Shown here: piece after piece, positions 1-7,343 of the stretch
How the letters are laid out: each line of letters opens with the position of its first letter
Position numbering within the stretch: the first letter of the stretch is position 1
Virus record (IMG/VR): IMGVR_UViG_3300047446_000131
Coordinates: 1-9,216 of that record
Origin: a virus
Lineage: Duplodnaviria; Heunggongvirae; Uroviricota; Caudoviricetes
DNA: 9,216 bases
Direction: 5' to 3' (one strand)
Made by a program: the position numbers and the translations under genes
The notes under the pieces: model-generated
What the model was told of the DNA's origin: nothing
The model's database searches: none
The model's input: the letters and a program-made list of their open reading frames with translations, nothing else

Positions 1-766
1 TCGCGGCATACGTTTCCAGCGTCTTTGCCACGCCATCATCCTCACTGTACCCCGTGGCAATGAGGATGCGCGGTTGATAGCCTGTCACGCTCTTACTTTC
101 TGTCAGCGCCTCCATGGCCTGAATCACCGCCGCACGCTGTTCGCCCTCTTTCGCCTTTGTTTTACTTTCTGCGCGCACCACAATTACCAGCGCACCAGTC
201 TGGTCAAAAATATCTCGCAGGGCCGGGTATAATGTTCCGGCTGTGCCCAGTTTCCCTGCCTGAGTAATGGCCCCTGCCACCACCACTGGTGTATTGACCG
301 GGAACGCCTCATCTTCTCCGCCGGATAACGTCAGGCTGAACGGCAACACCACTTTATTTTCAGCGTCTCCTGCATTCAGGGTGCTGACAGCCGCCGTCAC
401 AGGCGAATCCCCCAGCGCATTCACCACTTCAGTCACACGGTCCGCCGTGGCGTTAACCTGGCTGTGTTCGTCCGTCCCCAGTGTTATCGTCAGGGTCGTA
501 CCTTTCAGCGAGGCCACTGTCTGCGCGTTTTGTTCTGTGGCAGCCACAGCAACAACCGAAATCTTATTACCGGCCCGACCTTCCTGTTTCGCCGTGAAAT
601 CCAGCGCCGTTCCCAGCAGCCAGGAGCCGGCTGTGCCGGAAGCGCACACACCACCAGAGGCGTCCGGCGCTGTCCCCACCAGGCCAATCACTGCCGTGGA
701 GATGGTCTGCACGGCAACCGTGCCTGTCGTCAGTTCAATGGTTTCAACACCATGTAATCCGGACAT
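1..766 (-). CDS. Contractile tail sheath protein (P2 gpFI-like), N-terminal part; gene runs off the left edge
   Basis: Not in the ORF track because it has no stop in the window. Hand translation of the minus strand from ATG at 766 (cat at 764-766) gives MSGLHGVETIELTTGTVAVQTISTAVIGLVGTAPDASGGV..., verified codon by codon for the first 40 residues; the rest was translated by eye and appears open to position 1. It resembles the P2 sheath N-terminus as I recall it ([38 protein letters not shown]). GGGAG Shine-Dalgarno lies about 6 nt upstream. Position after the tail fiber assembly gene matches P2 order (H-G-FI). Confidence 0.78.
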   Translation of the reverse strand, partial: MSGLHGVETIELTTGTVAVQTISTAVIGLVGTAPDASGGVCASGTAGSWLLGTALDFTAKQEGRAGNKISVVAVAATEQNAQTVASLKGTTLTITLGTDEHSQVNATADRVTEVVNALGDSPVTAAVSTLNAGDAENKVVLPFSLTLSGGEDEAFPVNTPVVVAGAITQAGKLGTAGTLYPALRDIFDQTGALVIVVRAESKTKAKEGEQRAAVIQAMEALTESKSVTGYQPRILIATGYSEDDGVAKTLETYAA

Positions 767-779
767 ACATTTCTCCCAT

Positions 780-801
780 AAAAAAACCGCCCTCAGGCGG
801 T
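780..801 (-). terminator. Rho-independent terminator downstream of the tail fiber assembly gene
   Basis: On the minus-strand RNA: ACCGCC-UGAG-GGCGGU (6-bp stem with 5 GC pairs, 4-nt loop; plus coordinates 786-801) followed directly by a run of about 7 U (plus-strand A-run 780-786). It sits between the stop at 821 and the sheath start at 766. Confidence 0.7.
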
Positions 802-820
802 CAGATGATTAACTTCTTTT

Positions 821-1363
821 TCAGGTATTTTGTGGCTGCTCAGGCCAGCTAATATTGTTGTAAGTGGTCTTATCCGTAATAGCGCTGAAATCCATCGCCT
901 GCAGCGATTTCGCGTAAATACGGTACGCTTTCAGCTTCTCCCTGTCTTCGTCACTGATTAATCCCAGCAGCAGGTCTTTTTCCCATTCGCTGGTCATGAT
1001 GCTGACCTGTTTTAACAGGGCATCGCGCTCATCTTCCGCTTTAAGTTTGTAGTCGAAGACAAATTTATCGTCGCGGTAAAACCAGTAACCAGGCACGGTA
1101 ATACGGCGGTTAGCGGTAATATCAGGAACTTCAATAACACTGGCGTTACGGGGTTCAATGCCTGTCACATCCTTACCGACCCACACCACGCGCCCGTCTC
1201 CGGTGTAAACCATTTTTATGGTGTCACTGGCAAAATTTTTCAGCTCTTCATACCAGTTTTTGTCATCTTCCGAAAAAAGCCAGGTGATACCATGTTGTTT
1301 TGTCATCTGATATTGTTCTGCGGTTTTCGGATTGCCTGCAGTAATATTTTTTAAATGCAACAT
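821..1363 (-). CDS. Tail fiber assembly protein (P2 gpG-like chaperone)
   Basis: Complete ORF, 180 aa, ATG start. N-terminus MLHLKNITAGNPKTAEQYQMTK...DKNWYEELKNF...VIEVPDITANRR resembles the P2 gpG N-terminus as I recall it ([22 protein letters not shown]...GKNWYEEVKNF...VVEVPDITSNRR). Lies immediately downstream of the tail fiber gene (stop TAA, 2 nt, then ATG). Confidence 0.9.
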   Translation of the reverse strand: MLHLKNITAGNPKTAEQYQMTKQHGITWLFSEDDKNWYEELKNFASDTIKMVYTGDGRVVWVGKDVTGIEPRNASVIEVPDITANRRITVPGYWFYRDDKFVFDYKLKAEDERDALLKQVSIMTSEWEKDLLLGLISDEDREKLKAYRIYAKSLQAMDFSAITDKTTYNNISWPEQPQNT

Positions 1364-1365
1364 TG

Positions 1366-2793
1366 TTAAACACTCGCCACGTTATACCAGGTGCCGTTAA
1401 TCAGTTTCTGAAGCGGTCGGTAATACACGCCGCCGATGTTATCTGCCGAATTACTTCCGGTTTCCTGCACATTAATACCGGATAACCCGTGGCCTGAAGG
1501 TGAGCGAAATGTCCAGGATACCTGGTTACCTCCCGGGTTGTAATACATTTCGGAACCATAACGCACATCCTGCACACCGCCATTTCGCTGCTGATAACGG
1601 GCATCGAAATTTCCATAGTTTGATGGGGTCATCTGTCCGTTTACAGCGAATGTGATACTGCCATCGGTATTTCTCTGGCTGTAAAAATGCCAGCCGGAAT
1701 CATCACCAAGCTCTGCAACTACAGGTCGGGATGAATTACCCCATAAATTAAACGTTGCGTTTTTCGTGGAGTTGTTGGCGCTGGATAACGTGAATTTTTT
1801 AGCATTTCCGGCCTGAATATTTTTTAACGCTATCGCCACACCATTCTGGAAACGAAATACATGCTGTCCATTCGCATAAACATCCAGAATGCCGTCGCCG
1901 TTTTGTTTTATACCTGTATCGTTATCCCCGAAAGCAATTGAGTTTCCGCCCAGCGCGTTCTGAACGCCGATACCCAGCGCACCATTGACCTGAGAACCGC
2001 CGCCAACAGACACTTTATGCGACATGGATATTTCACCCGTCCGCAGATTAATAGTGAACGGTCGAAGTGGACCAATATCGCCATTCTCGCCCTGACCTTC
2101 ACTGGTAGGGATAAGGTGCAGGCACTCTTCCGAACGACGAAAAATCAGACCAAAGGCTTCGTTGAAAATCCTCAGCGCATTAACACCACGGATTTTCAGT
2201 TCCCCGGTCATGGTGTCACCATCACGCTGAACGGCATTTTTTGCCTTGTCCACCGTGGGTTTTAATCCGAGGTTTTCAACAGCCTCATCCTTGTCTTCCA
2301 CATCCGAAAGATTCTTTTTTCGTTGCAGATAGCGTCTGTCTCCGATTTCCTGAGTAATAATGGCCCTGTCCGGATCAACTTCCAGCACCATGTTTTGTGC
2401 GTGCGTCAGCCCAAGAACCAGCGTCAGAATAACTTCCTTGATAACGGAGTCCGTCTGGTCTGGTAAAAAGGTGTCGGGATAACGTCCGTACGCGATAAGC
2501 GTACCTCTGTCGCTGATCATCCCCAGTTCACGAAGGGTTTTACCGGGGTATGATTTACAGTCAATCACAATATCCCCGCTGATGAAGCCCTCCTCCACCG
2601 CACCGTCGGAAAAGGGTTCCTGCCCGAATTCGCCGTACAACGATGTCATTGCTGCCATTTCATCCGGCGTGGATGGCAATGCCCGCCCGCCCCCGTCACC
2701 AAGCAGAACATGCCGGACGGTCACGGTTTGCCCGTTCTGATATGCTGCTTCAATTTCTGCAGCGCCGGACGTTGTCAGAATCAGTCCATTCAT
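1366..2793 (-). CDS. Tail fiber protein (P2 gpH-like)
   Basis: Complete ORF, 475 aa, ATG start overlapping the upstream stop (ATGA). The C-terminal half (NALGGNSIAFGDNDTGIKQNGDGILDVYANGQHVFRFQNGVAIALKNIQAGNAKKF...VVAELGDDSGWHFYSQRNTDGSITFAVNGQMTPSNYGNFD) closely matches the P2 gpH C-terminal region as I recall it. The N-terminal VGDGGG/LLGDGGG and RELG...GTLIA motifs are also shared. Confidence 0.9.
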   Translation of the reverse strand: MNGLILTTSGAAEIEAAYQNGQTVTVRHVLLGDGGGRALPSTPDEMAAMTSLYGEFGQEPFSDGAVEEGFISGDIVIDCKSYPGKTLRELGMISDRGTLIAYGRYPDTFLPDQTDSVIKEVILTLVLGLTHAQNMVLEVDPDRAIITQEIGDRRYLQRKKNLSDVEDKDEAVENLGLKPTVDKAKNAVQRDGDTMTGELKIRGVNALRIFNEAFGLIFRRSEECLHLIPTSEGQGENGDIGPLRPFTINLRTGEISMSHKVSVGGGSQVNGALGIGVQNALGGNSIAFGDNDTGIKQNGDGILDVYANGQHVFRFQNGVAIALKNIQAGNAKKFTLSSANNSTKNATFNLWGNSSRPVVAELGDDSGWHFYSQRNTDGSITFAVNGQMTPSNYGNFDARYQQRNGGVQDVRYGSEMYYNPGGNQVSWTFRSPSGHGLSGINVQETGSNSADNIGGVYYRPLQKLINGTWYNVASV

Positions 2794-3380
2794 ACACCTG
2801 CCTCACTCTGCCCGCCTGTGGGCACTGTCTTTGTTGTCACACCGGTACTTCTGATTTTTTCTGTCGCCATCACATAGCCGTAACCAAATCCACGCCCTGT
2901 GCTGTTCCCGTAAACGTGAATACTGAACCAGCTGCGCAGATTTTTGGCACGGAGCACCGCATGCTTCAGATCCTGATGATCATTCATCAGCACCGGTAAA
3001 TCCTTCTGCTCCACGTTCAGACGGAAGGTATACGGCTCCCCGGGTGGGGTCTGCTCATACCACTCAACAATCTGCGACCGGAAGGGACTGTCAGCCAGCG
3101 ATGCCATCAGCGCCGCTTTAGTCCCTCTGTGGCGGTGGATGTATGCAGCACGTTTTATCGCAGACCTTTTTTCCGCCTCCGTCCAGTGTTCATTCCAGGT
3201 GTCCACCGCCATTTCCCAGGCCAGCCATGGCAGCAATTCAGCAGGACATAAATCGGGATTTTTCACATAGCGGATTAGGCAGACCGCTATGTCTGACAGC
3301 ATATCTCCGGCGACACAGTCCACCACCCGCTCTGCCCGGCTGGCACTGACCGGCAGTATGCTGCTGATATCGTCATTCAT
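2790..3380 (-). CDS. Baseplate/tail protein I (P2 gpI-like)
   Basis: Complete ORF, 196 aa, ATG start. The motif CPAELLPWLAWEMAVDTWNEHWTEAEKRSAIKRAAYIHRHRGTKAA parallels the P2 gpI motif as I recall it (CPANLLPWLAWAFSVDRWDEKWPEATKRAVIRDAYFIHCHKGTIGA). It sits between the J-like and H-like genes. Confidence 0.85.
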   Translation of the reverse strand: MNDDISSILPVSASRAERVVDCVAGDMLSDIAVCLIRYVKNPDLCPAELLPWLAWEMAVDTWNEHWTEAEKRSAIKRAAYIHRHRGTKAALMASLADSPFRSQIVEWYEQTPPGEPYTFRLNVEQKDLPVLMNDHQDLKHAVLRAKNLRSWFSIHVYGNSTGRGFGYGYVMATEKIRSTGVTTKTVPTGGQSEAGV

Positions 3381-4287
3381 CAGTTGTCTCTACCTTGTTC
3401 AGCGTTACCTTACGGCACCACGGTGCCTGCCCCATCGCAGGAACGATATCACTGCCCGGAGAGGTCAGATTCACCGTAATCACCCCGGTCTGGTGAAGGG
3501 CACCATCCATGCCAGAACGGGATGCCACCGAGCCAATCCGGTGGACGCTGTCAGTGTATGACTGCAGCGCCTTGCGGGCATTTGCCATAACCAGTTCACC
3601 ATCCAGTCCGTAGGGAATATGAATATCCGCCACCACATCGTAGGGAATAATTTCTGCCGTCCGGACACTGACAAAATCCGTCAGGGGACGGGTTTCATCA
3701 TCACAGACTGATGCTGCCACCTTATCCAGCAGGGGTTGTGATGCAGTGCCATTTCCGGACCGGGATAACACATAAAGAAAAACCCGGCCTTCCCGCGAAT
3801 GTGTTTCCGGCCCGTAAGCCTTCACATCCAGCACATCAGGATCAGCACTTTGTGCAAAATAGTGATACGCATTTTTCGCGCCGGCGGTGCTGAGCCGTGC
3901 CCATGACAACTGGATACGTTCGCGAAAAGCGTCATCATCTTCATACACCGCCGGCGTGGGCGGAATGGTGGTGCCGTCTGCCGGGGTAATAACCAGCCGC
4001 TGAACCTGATAATTCGCGCCAACCTGATCCAGATCGCTCCCACCGGCACTGGCAAGCAGTACAGCACGGACAGCATCATTTATCTGCTGGCGCATCAGCG
4101 CCACCCGAAAAGCCAGCGCCTCTGCCCATTTATACGCGGGATCAGATTCCACCAGAGCCGAAAACAACGTATCCAGCTCCTGATACTTCGCCACTATCTG
4201 AGTGACCAGCATTGCGGTATCCGGCACTTCCACCGCATCCGGTACCGGTATCGCGGACAGATCAATGATTGCCTGAGACGTTGCCAA
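3373..4287 (-). CDS. Baseplate assembly protein J (P2 gpJ-like)
   Basis: Complete ORF, 304 aa. Start is TTG at 4287 with GGAGA about 7 nt upstream; no nearby in-frame ATG. N-terminal IIDLSAIPVPDAVE and the internal ITPADGTTIPPTPAV match P2 gpJ as I recall it (IIDLNQLPAPDVVE; ITPADDSTIPPTPAV). It overlaps the 3' end of the W-like gene by 26 nt. Confidence 0.88.
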   Translation of the reverse strand: MATSQAIIDLSAIPVPDAVEVPDTAMLVTQIVAKYQELDTLFSALVESDPAYKWAEALAFRVALMRQQINDAVRAVLLASAGGSDLDQVGANYQVQRLVITPADGTTIPPTPAVYEDDDAFRERIQLSWARLSTAGAKNAYHYFAQSADPDVLDVKAYGPETHSREGRVFLYVLSRSGNGTASQPLLDKVAASVCDDETRPLTDFVSVRTAEIIPYDVVADIHIPYGLDGELVMANARKALQSYTDSVHRIGSVASRSGMDGALHQTGVITVNLTSPGSDIVPAMGQAPWCRKVTLNKVETTDE

Positions 4288-4618
4288 TTTTTATCTCCTC
4301 GAGTCGAATCGTATCCTGAGTTTCGTTATTCACTCCGACAAGCGTCAGCCAAGCGCTTCCTTCTCCTGTCCACGTCACTTCCACCCGCCGGAGAGTCAGG
4401 CGGGGTTCCCAGCGTTCAAGGGCGGTTACCGTTTCACGAACAATTCTCACCCGCGTGAAATCATCCTGTGGGTTATCAAGCAGACTGAAAAGTCTGCTGC
4501 CGTATTCCCTGAGCAGGACCCGGCTGCCGACCGGTGTTGACAAAATATCGGTGACGGACTGGCGCAGATGTTCGTTACCGTGCAGATATCTGCCGGTGGC
4601 TGAATCAATACCAATCAT
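4262..4618 (-). CDS. Baseplate assembly protein W (P2 gpW-like, gp25 family)
   Basis: Complete ORF, 118 aa, ATG start. The core ILSTPVGSRVLLREYGSRLFSLLDNPQ...ERWEPRLTL resembles P2 gpW as I recall it (ILRTPVGSRVMRRDYGSLLASMIDQPQ...LKWEPRVTL). Gene order V-W-J-I is as in P2. Confidence 0.85.
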   Translation of the reverse strand: MIGIDSATGRYLHGNEHLRQSVTDILSTPVGSRVLLREYGSRLFSLLDNPQDDFTRVRIVRETVTALERWEPRLTLRRVEVTWTGEGSAWLTLVGVNNETQDTIRLEEIKIGNVSGNH

Positions 4619-4650
4619 GTTGTTTATTCCGGAAAAGAACTGAAAGGAGA

Positions 4651-5274
4651 TTACATTTGCTGACCAGGCTGTCCGGTGCTGCCACCACTGTCGCCCCGGT
4701 GATTGTGACCGTTATAGACAATTCTGATTTGACTCATCGTTCCGTGATAATCAGAAACCTCACCACCGACCATCAGATCCGCCTTAACCACCGCCTCAGC
4801 ATTCATGGTTGCTTTACCCTGTACGGTCAGGGTATCTGTGATTTCTACCGGACCGTCCAGGGTTCCCCTGCCGGTAATTTTATAGCTGCCGCCTTCAGCC
4901 AGCGTGATGGACAGGGCATTAGCCTGACGGTCGTAACGGATTTCCGTTCCGGTATCAAACAAAATAACATGTTCGTATTCACTGCCCTCAGGGACAGGAA
5001 TGGCGTCAATATTGGCCCCCGGATACACCCGACCGTTACGCAGATCGCCCGCCTCCGATATCACTGTAACGGCATCTCCGGGAGCCGGGTAATTACTGAC
5101 CTGCATGTAGCGCCCGGACTGTACCTGAATCCAGGGCAACGGAGGCGAAAGCACATCCCCGATATCCACCCGAACCATCACCGGGCTACCCGGGATCACC
5201 TCGTCCACCACGCCGCGACGGACCATGTCCGCCACCCTGCGGCGTAACTCAGCCACTTCATCTGCCAGACTCAT
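4651..5274 (-). CDS. Baseplate central spike protein (P2 gpV-like)
   Basis: The ORF track gives 4651..5568, but the ATG at 5274 (MSLADEVAELRRR...) is preceded by GGAGGG about 8 nt upstream and gives 207 aa, close to P2 gpV size. Using the track start would overlap the entire upstream gene. The C-terminus NGHNHRGDSGGSTGQP resembles the P2 gpV C-terminus as I recall it (HTHKHPGDSGGTTGSP). Confidence 0.85.
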   Translation of the reverse strand: MSLADEVAELRRRVADMVRRGVVDEVIPGSPVMVRVDIGDVLSPPLPWIQVQSGRYMQVSNYPAPGDAVTVISEAGDLRNGRVYPGANIDAIPVPEGSEYEHVILFDTGTEIRYDRQANALSITLAEGGSYKITGRGTLDGPVEITDTLTVQGKATMNAEAVVKADLMVGGEVSDYHGTMSQIRIVYNGHNHRGDSGGSTGQPGQQM

Positions 5275-5821
5275 CACCGGTGCCCTCCGATTTCCAGATA
5301 AGACGATAATCCTGCTCATGTCTCTTGCCGGTTTCCGGTACTTTACCCAGCCAGACTTCCTGTAACGGCGCACCTGCCGGAACCGCAAACGGATCTTCGC
5401 CGACCGGAATGTCCTGTTCAAAAGAGACACGGAAAACGATGTAGTCGTCCAGTAGCCGGTCGAAGGTATCCACCTCAGCATCGATAAAAACCGCCGGATC
5501 AACGTTATCCAGCCCGAACGTGGCTCCCTCAATCCAGTCAGATAAATCCATCGCCAGACAACGGGCAAAAATCTGCGGTTTTGGCACGTTTTCCGTCTTC
5601 CCGGCCCGGTCTGTCACCACAAACAGATCACATTTCAGCGTGACCCGCGTTTGCCCGTCAGCAAAATGAGCCTTGTCCCAGCCCGGTACATCTACAAACA
5701 CAGCAGGCGTCACCAGTTGCGTCACTTTTTCCGGGTACTCATCGGCATCTTCCACCCAGGGAATTTGTTTCAGACTGTCAATCACCGCCTGATGCCAGGC
5801 GCCCATCATCAATGGCTCCAT
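5258..5821 (-). CDS. Hypothetical phage structural protein at the head-tail junction; possibly a tail completion (gpR-like) protein
   Basis: Complete ORF, about 187 aa from ATG at 5821 (the track starts at GTG 5824). The ATG overlaps the upstream stop by 1 nt (TGATG coupling). Acidic protein lying directly upstream of the spike gene, where P2 carries tail completion genes R and S. My recollection of a faint resemblance to P2 gpR (a VVTD-type segment) is weak. The function is inferred from position only. Confidence 0.6.
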   Translation of the reverse strand: MEPLMMGAWHQAVIDSLKQIPWVEDADEYPEKVTQLVTPAVFVDVPGWDKAHFADGQTRVTLKCDLFVVTDRAGKTENVPKPQIFARCLAMDLSDWIEGATFGLDNVDPAVFIDAEVDTFDRLLDDYIVFRVSFEQDIPVGEDPFAVPAGAPLQEVWLGKVPETGKRHEQDYRLIWKSEGTGDESGR

Positions 5822-6543
5822 CACTCCAGCCCCTTAAATACCCGGAATTTCAGTTCATGCTCAAAATTTTTCAGGATCAGTGCTTCCGCATCCGGAAAAA
5901 CAAAATCCTCTATACGGTTCAGCATGGCTTCATAAATATCAATTTCCGCTTCACGCACCCTCCGTCGTCCGGATGCCTGTCGGATCAGTATCGTTTTCCT
6001 TTTTGATATACGTCCGTTACGATTTTCCGCTTCGAACTGGTTGATAAAGGCATCATCCGTTGACCAGGTGGTGACAGGCAGGGATTCCCCGGCAGGTTTA
6101 AAACGGATCTCCCGTGCCTTCCTGCGGCGGGAAGCTGGTGCAAAACGCCCCCGCTCATCGCGCAACTGATGGCGTTCGCCGCGTCGCCCCCCACTGATGC
6201 GTCCGCGCAGATCGCGTACTTTGATGGCATTCAGACCGAACCATACCTTCGCCTCATCAAACTCATCACCGTTACGACGAATGATAAAATTATGCAGAAC
6301 ACGCTTTTTGATCATTTTCTGACTGCGTGGGGCAACCTGTTTTTTAAACTCTGCCATAGCCTTCATCCGCAGTGCAGACGCGGCTCTTTTCAGCGCCACG
6401 CCCCAGGCTTTACGGATCTGACTTTTTGACCCACCCAGTTTAGCGATAATTTTCAGCACCTCATCTTCATCAATATCGACGACGAGGTTTCGTGCCAGCC
6501 GTCGCTGCCGGGCACTGCTTCGTTCATGCTCTCTGACTGCCAT
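5821..6543 (-). CDS. Hypothetical highly basic phage protein at the head-tail junction; possible virion morphogenesis or tail completion protein
   Basis: The ORF track gives 5821..6603 with a TTG start. The first in-frame ATG is at 6543 (MAVREHERSSARQRR...), about 240 aa, which overlaps the FII-like gene end by 20 nt. Which start is used is uncertain; no strong Shine-Dalgarno at either. Very Arg/Lys-rich (RRGERHQLRDERGRFAPASRRRKAREIRFK). I recognise no confident family. Confidence 0.55.
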   Translation of the reverse strand: MAVREHERSSARQRRLARNLVVDIDEDEVLKIIAKLGGSKSQIRKAWGVALKRAASALRMKAMAEFKKQVAPRSQKMIKKRVLHNFIIRRNGDEFDEAKVWFGLNAIKVRDLRGRISGGRRGERHQLRDERGRFAPASRRRKAREIRFKPAGESLPVTTWSTDDAFINQFEAENRNGRISKRKTILIRQASGRRRVREAEIDIYEAMLNRIEDFVFPDAEALILKNFEHELKFRVFKGLE

Positions 6544-6928
6544 AACGTTTACTCGGTCGTTCCGGTGCAGCAGGTGTATTTCTCCCCGGCTCTCCACGCG
6601 CAAGGGTGATGGTAATCACCCCCTGACCCACAGTGCCTGACTCACCCCAGCCGGGATCGACTACCTGATAGGGTTCGCCGTGGATCATGACCCTGTCATA
6701 TTTTTTCAGACCGGCGGCCCATGCGCTCCGGGTAAATAACACGGGCGCAGTATCACGAATTTCGCCGCTGCCAGTGTTCATCCCGGTGTTTTCTGCCGGG
6801 GCATCAAAAACGGCACGGATTCTTCTTTCCGTGCCGCCCGGATATATGCTGATTTCCGTCCCCATCGTATCCAGGATGATGTCATCCGCATCGCTCATGG
6901 CCTGATCGAACAGATTATCTAACATCAT
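6524..6928 (-). CDS. Head-tail joining protein (lambda gpFII-like)
   Basis: ORF 6524..6931 in the track (GTG then ATG ATG); I take the ATG at 6928, which overlaps the upstream stop (TGATG). N-terminal LDNLFDQAMSDADDIILDTMGTEISI...AVFDAP...PVLFTRS parallels lambda FII as I recall it (FDNLFDAAIARADETIRGYMGTSATI...GVFDDP...PSLFVRT). About 18 residues longer at the C-terminus than lambda FII. Confidence 0.8.
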   Translation of the reverse strand: MMLDNLFDQAMSDADDIILDTMGTEISIYPGGTERRIRAVFDAPAENTGMNTGSGEIRDTAPVLFTRSAWAAGLKKYDRVMIHGEPYQVVDPGWGESGTVGQGVITITLARGEPGRNTPAAPERPSKRYGSQRA

Positions 6929-7293
6929 CACTCCCAGATTTTTTCTGCCAGACCGTCCGCCAGCAACGCAGGAACTGCGGCTTCATTAACCAGCACAACA
7001 CTGGAGGCCCGGGCAAACATCAACATTTTTCCCGTCACAGCATCACAGGCTGGCATATGCGCCGTTTTCAGCATACGCACCCGGGCGAGTCCCCGCTCAG
7101 AATGCATTCCGTCGCCGGATGCATCGTTGCCCACATCTTCCTTCCCTGTCTCCTCCCCATCGAATCCGGCGGCCTCCTCTTCCCATTCCGCCAGGCGCTG
7201 CTCAAGATCGGCTTTTGAACCTGAAATATCTGCTTCACGCCCCAGAATCACTGCCAGTTCCTGCAAACGTTCAGTCATCTGCTCTTTTGTCAT
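6928..7293 (-). CDS. DNA packaging / head assembly protein (lambda gpFI-like)
   Basis: The track ORF 6928..7425 starts at TTG. The ATG at 7293 (MTKEQMTERLQELAVILGREADISGSKADLEQRLAEWEEE...) has GGAGAG 5 nt upstream and gives 121 aa. The N-terminus resembles lambda FI as I recall it (MTKDELIARLRSLGEQLNRDVSLTGTKEELALRVAELKEE). Located between the E-like and FII-like genes as in lambda. Confidence 0.75.
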   Translation of the reverse strand: MTKEQMTERLQELAVILGREADISGSKADLEQRLAEWEEEAAGFDGEETGKEDVGNDASGDGMHSERGLARVRMLKTAHMPACDAVTGKMLMFARASSVVLVNEAAVPALLADGLAEKIWE

Positions 7294-7311
7294 CACATCT
7301 CTCCCGTGCGC

Positions 7312-7341
7312 TAAAGAAAAAGGCGGGAATATCCCGCCCCG
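7312..7341 (-). terminator. Rho-independent terminator or attenuator immediately downstream of the major capsid gene
   Basis: On the minus-strand RNA: a GC-rich stem GGCGGGA/UCCCGCC (plus 7323-7329 and 7333-7339, 3-nt loop) followed by UUUUUCUUU (plus 7312-7322). It starts 3 nt after the capsid stop codon at 7344. Confidence 0.65.
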
Positions 7342-7343
7342 TC

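Noticed and set aside
267-812. Plus-strand ORF of 181 aa at the left end
   Set aside because: It is the antisense frame of the sheath gene. The product is low-complexity (Ala/Thr/Ser/Pro/Val-rich) with no recognisable family, and it runs through the terminator hairpin. The minus-strand frame has a clear sheath-like N-terminus and ribosome-binding site.
766-821. Possible cargo or defence hotspot between the tail fiber assembly gene and the sheath gene (the position of the Z/fun locus in P2)
   Set aside because: The gap is only 55 bp and is filled by a terminator hairpin and the sheath ribosome-binding site, so no gene can be encoded there.
821-2793. Invertible tail fiber segment (Mu G-segment or P1 C-segment type)
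   Set aside because: There is only one fiber gene and one chaperone gene, both in the same orientation, with no invertase gene or oppositely oriented alternative fiber 3' end in the window.
4657-5247. Plus-strand ORF of 196 aa antisense to the spike gene
   Set aside because: Entirely inside the V-like gene on the opposite strand, with no start context and no recognisable protein features.
4651-5568. Track-defined 305-aa version of the spike ORF
   Set aside because: The N-terminal 98 codons overlap the upstream gene out of frame and translate to an Arg/Trp-rich stretch. The internal ATG at 5274 has a strong Shine-Dalgarno sequence and yields a protein of P2 gpV size.
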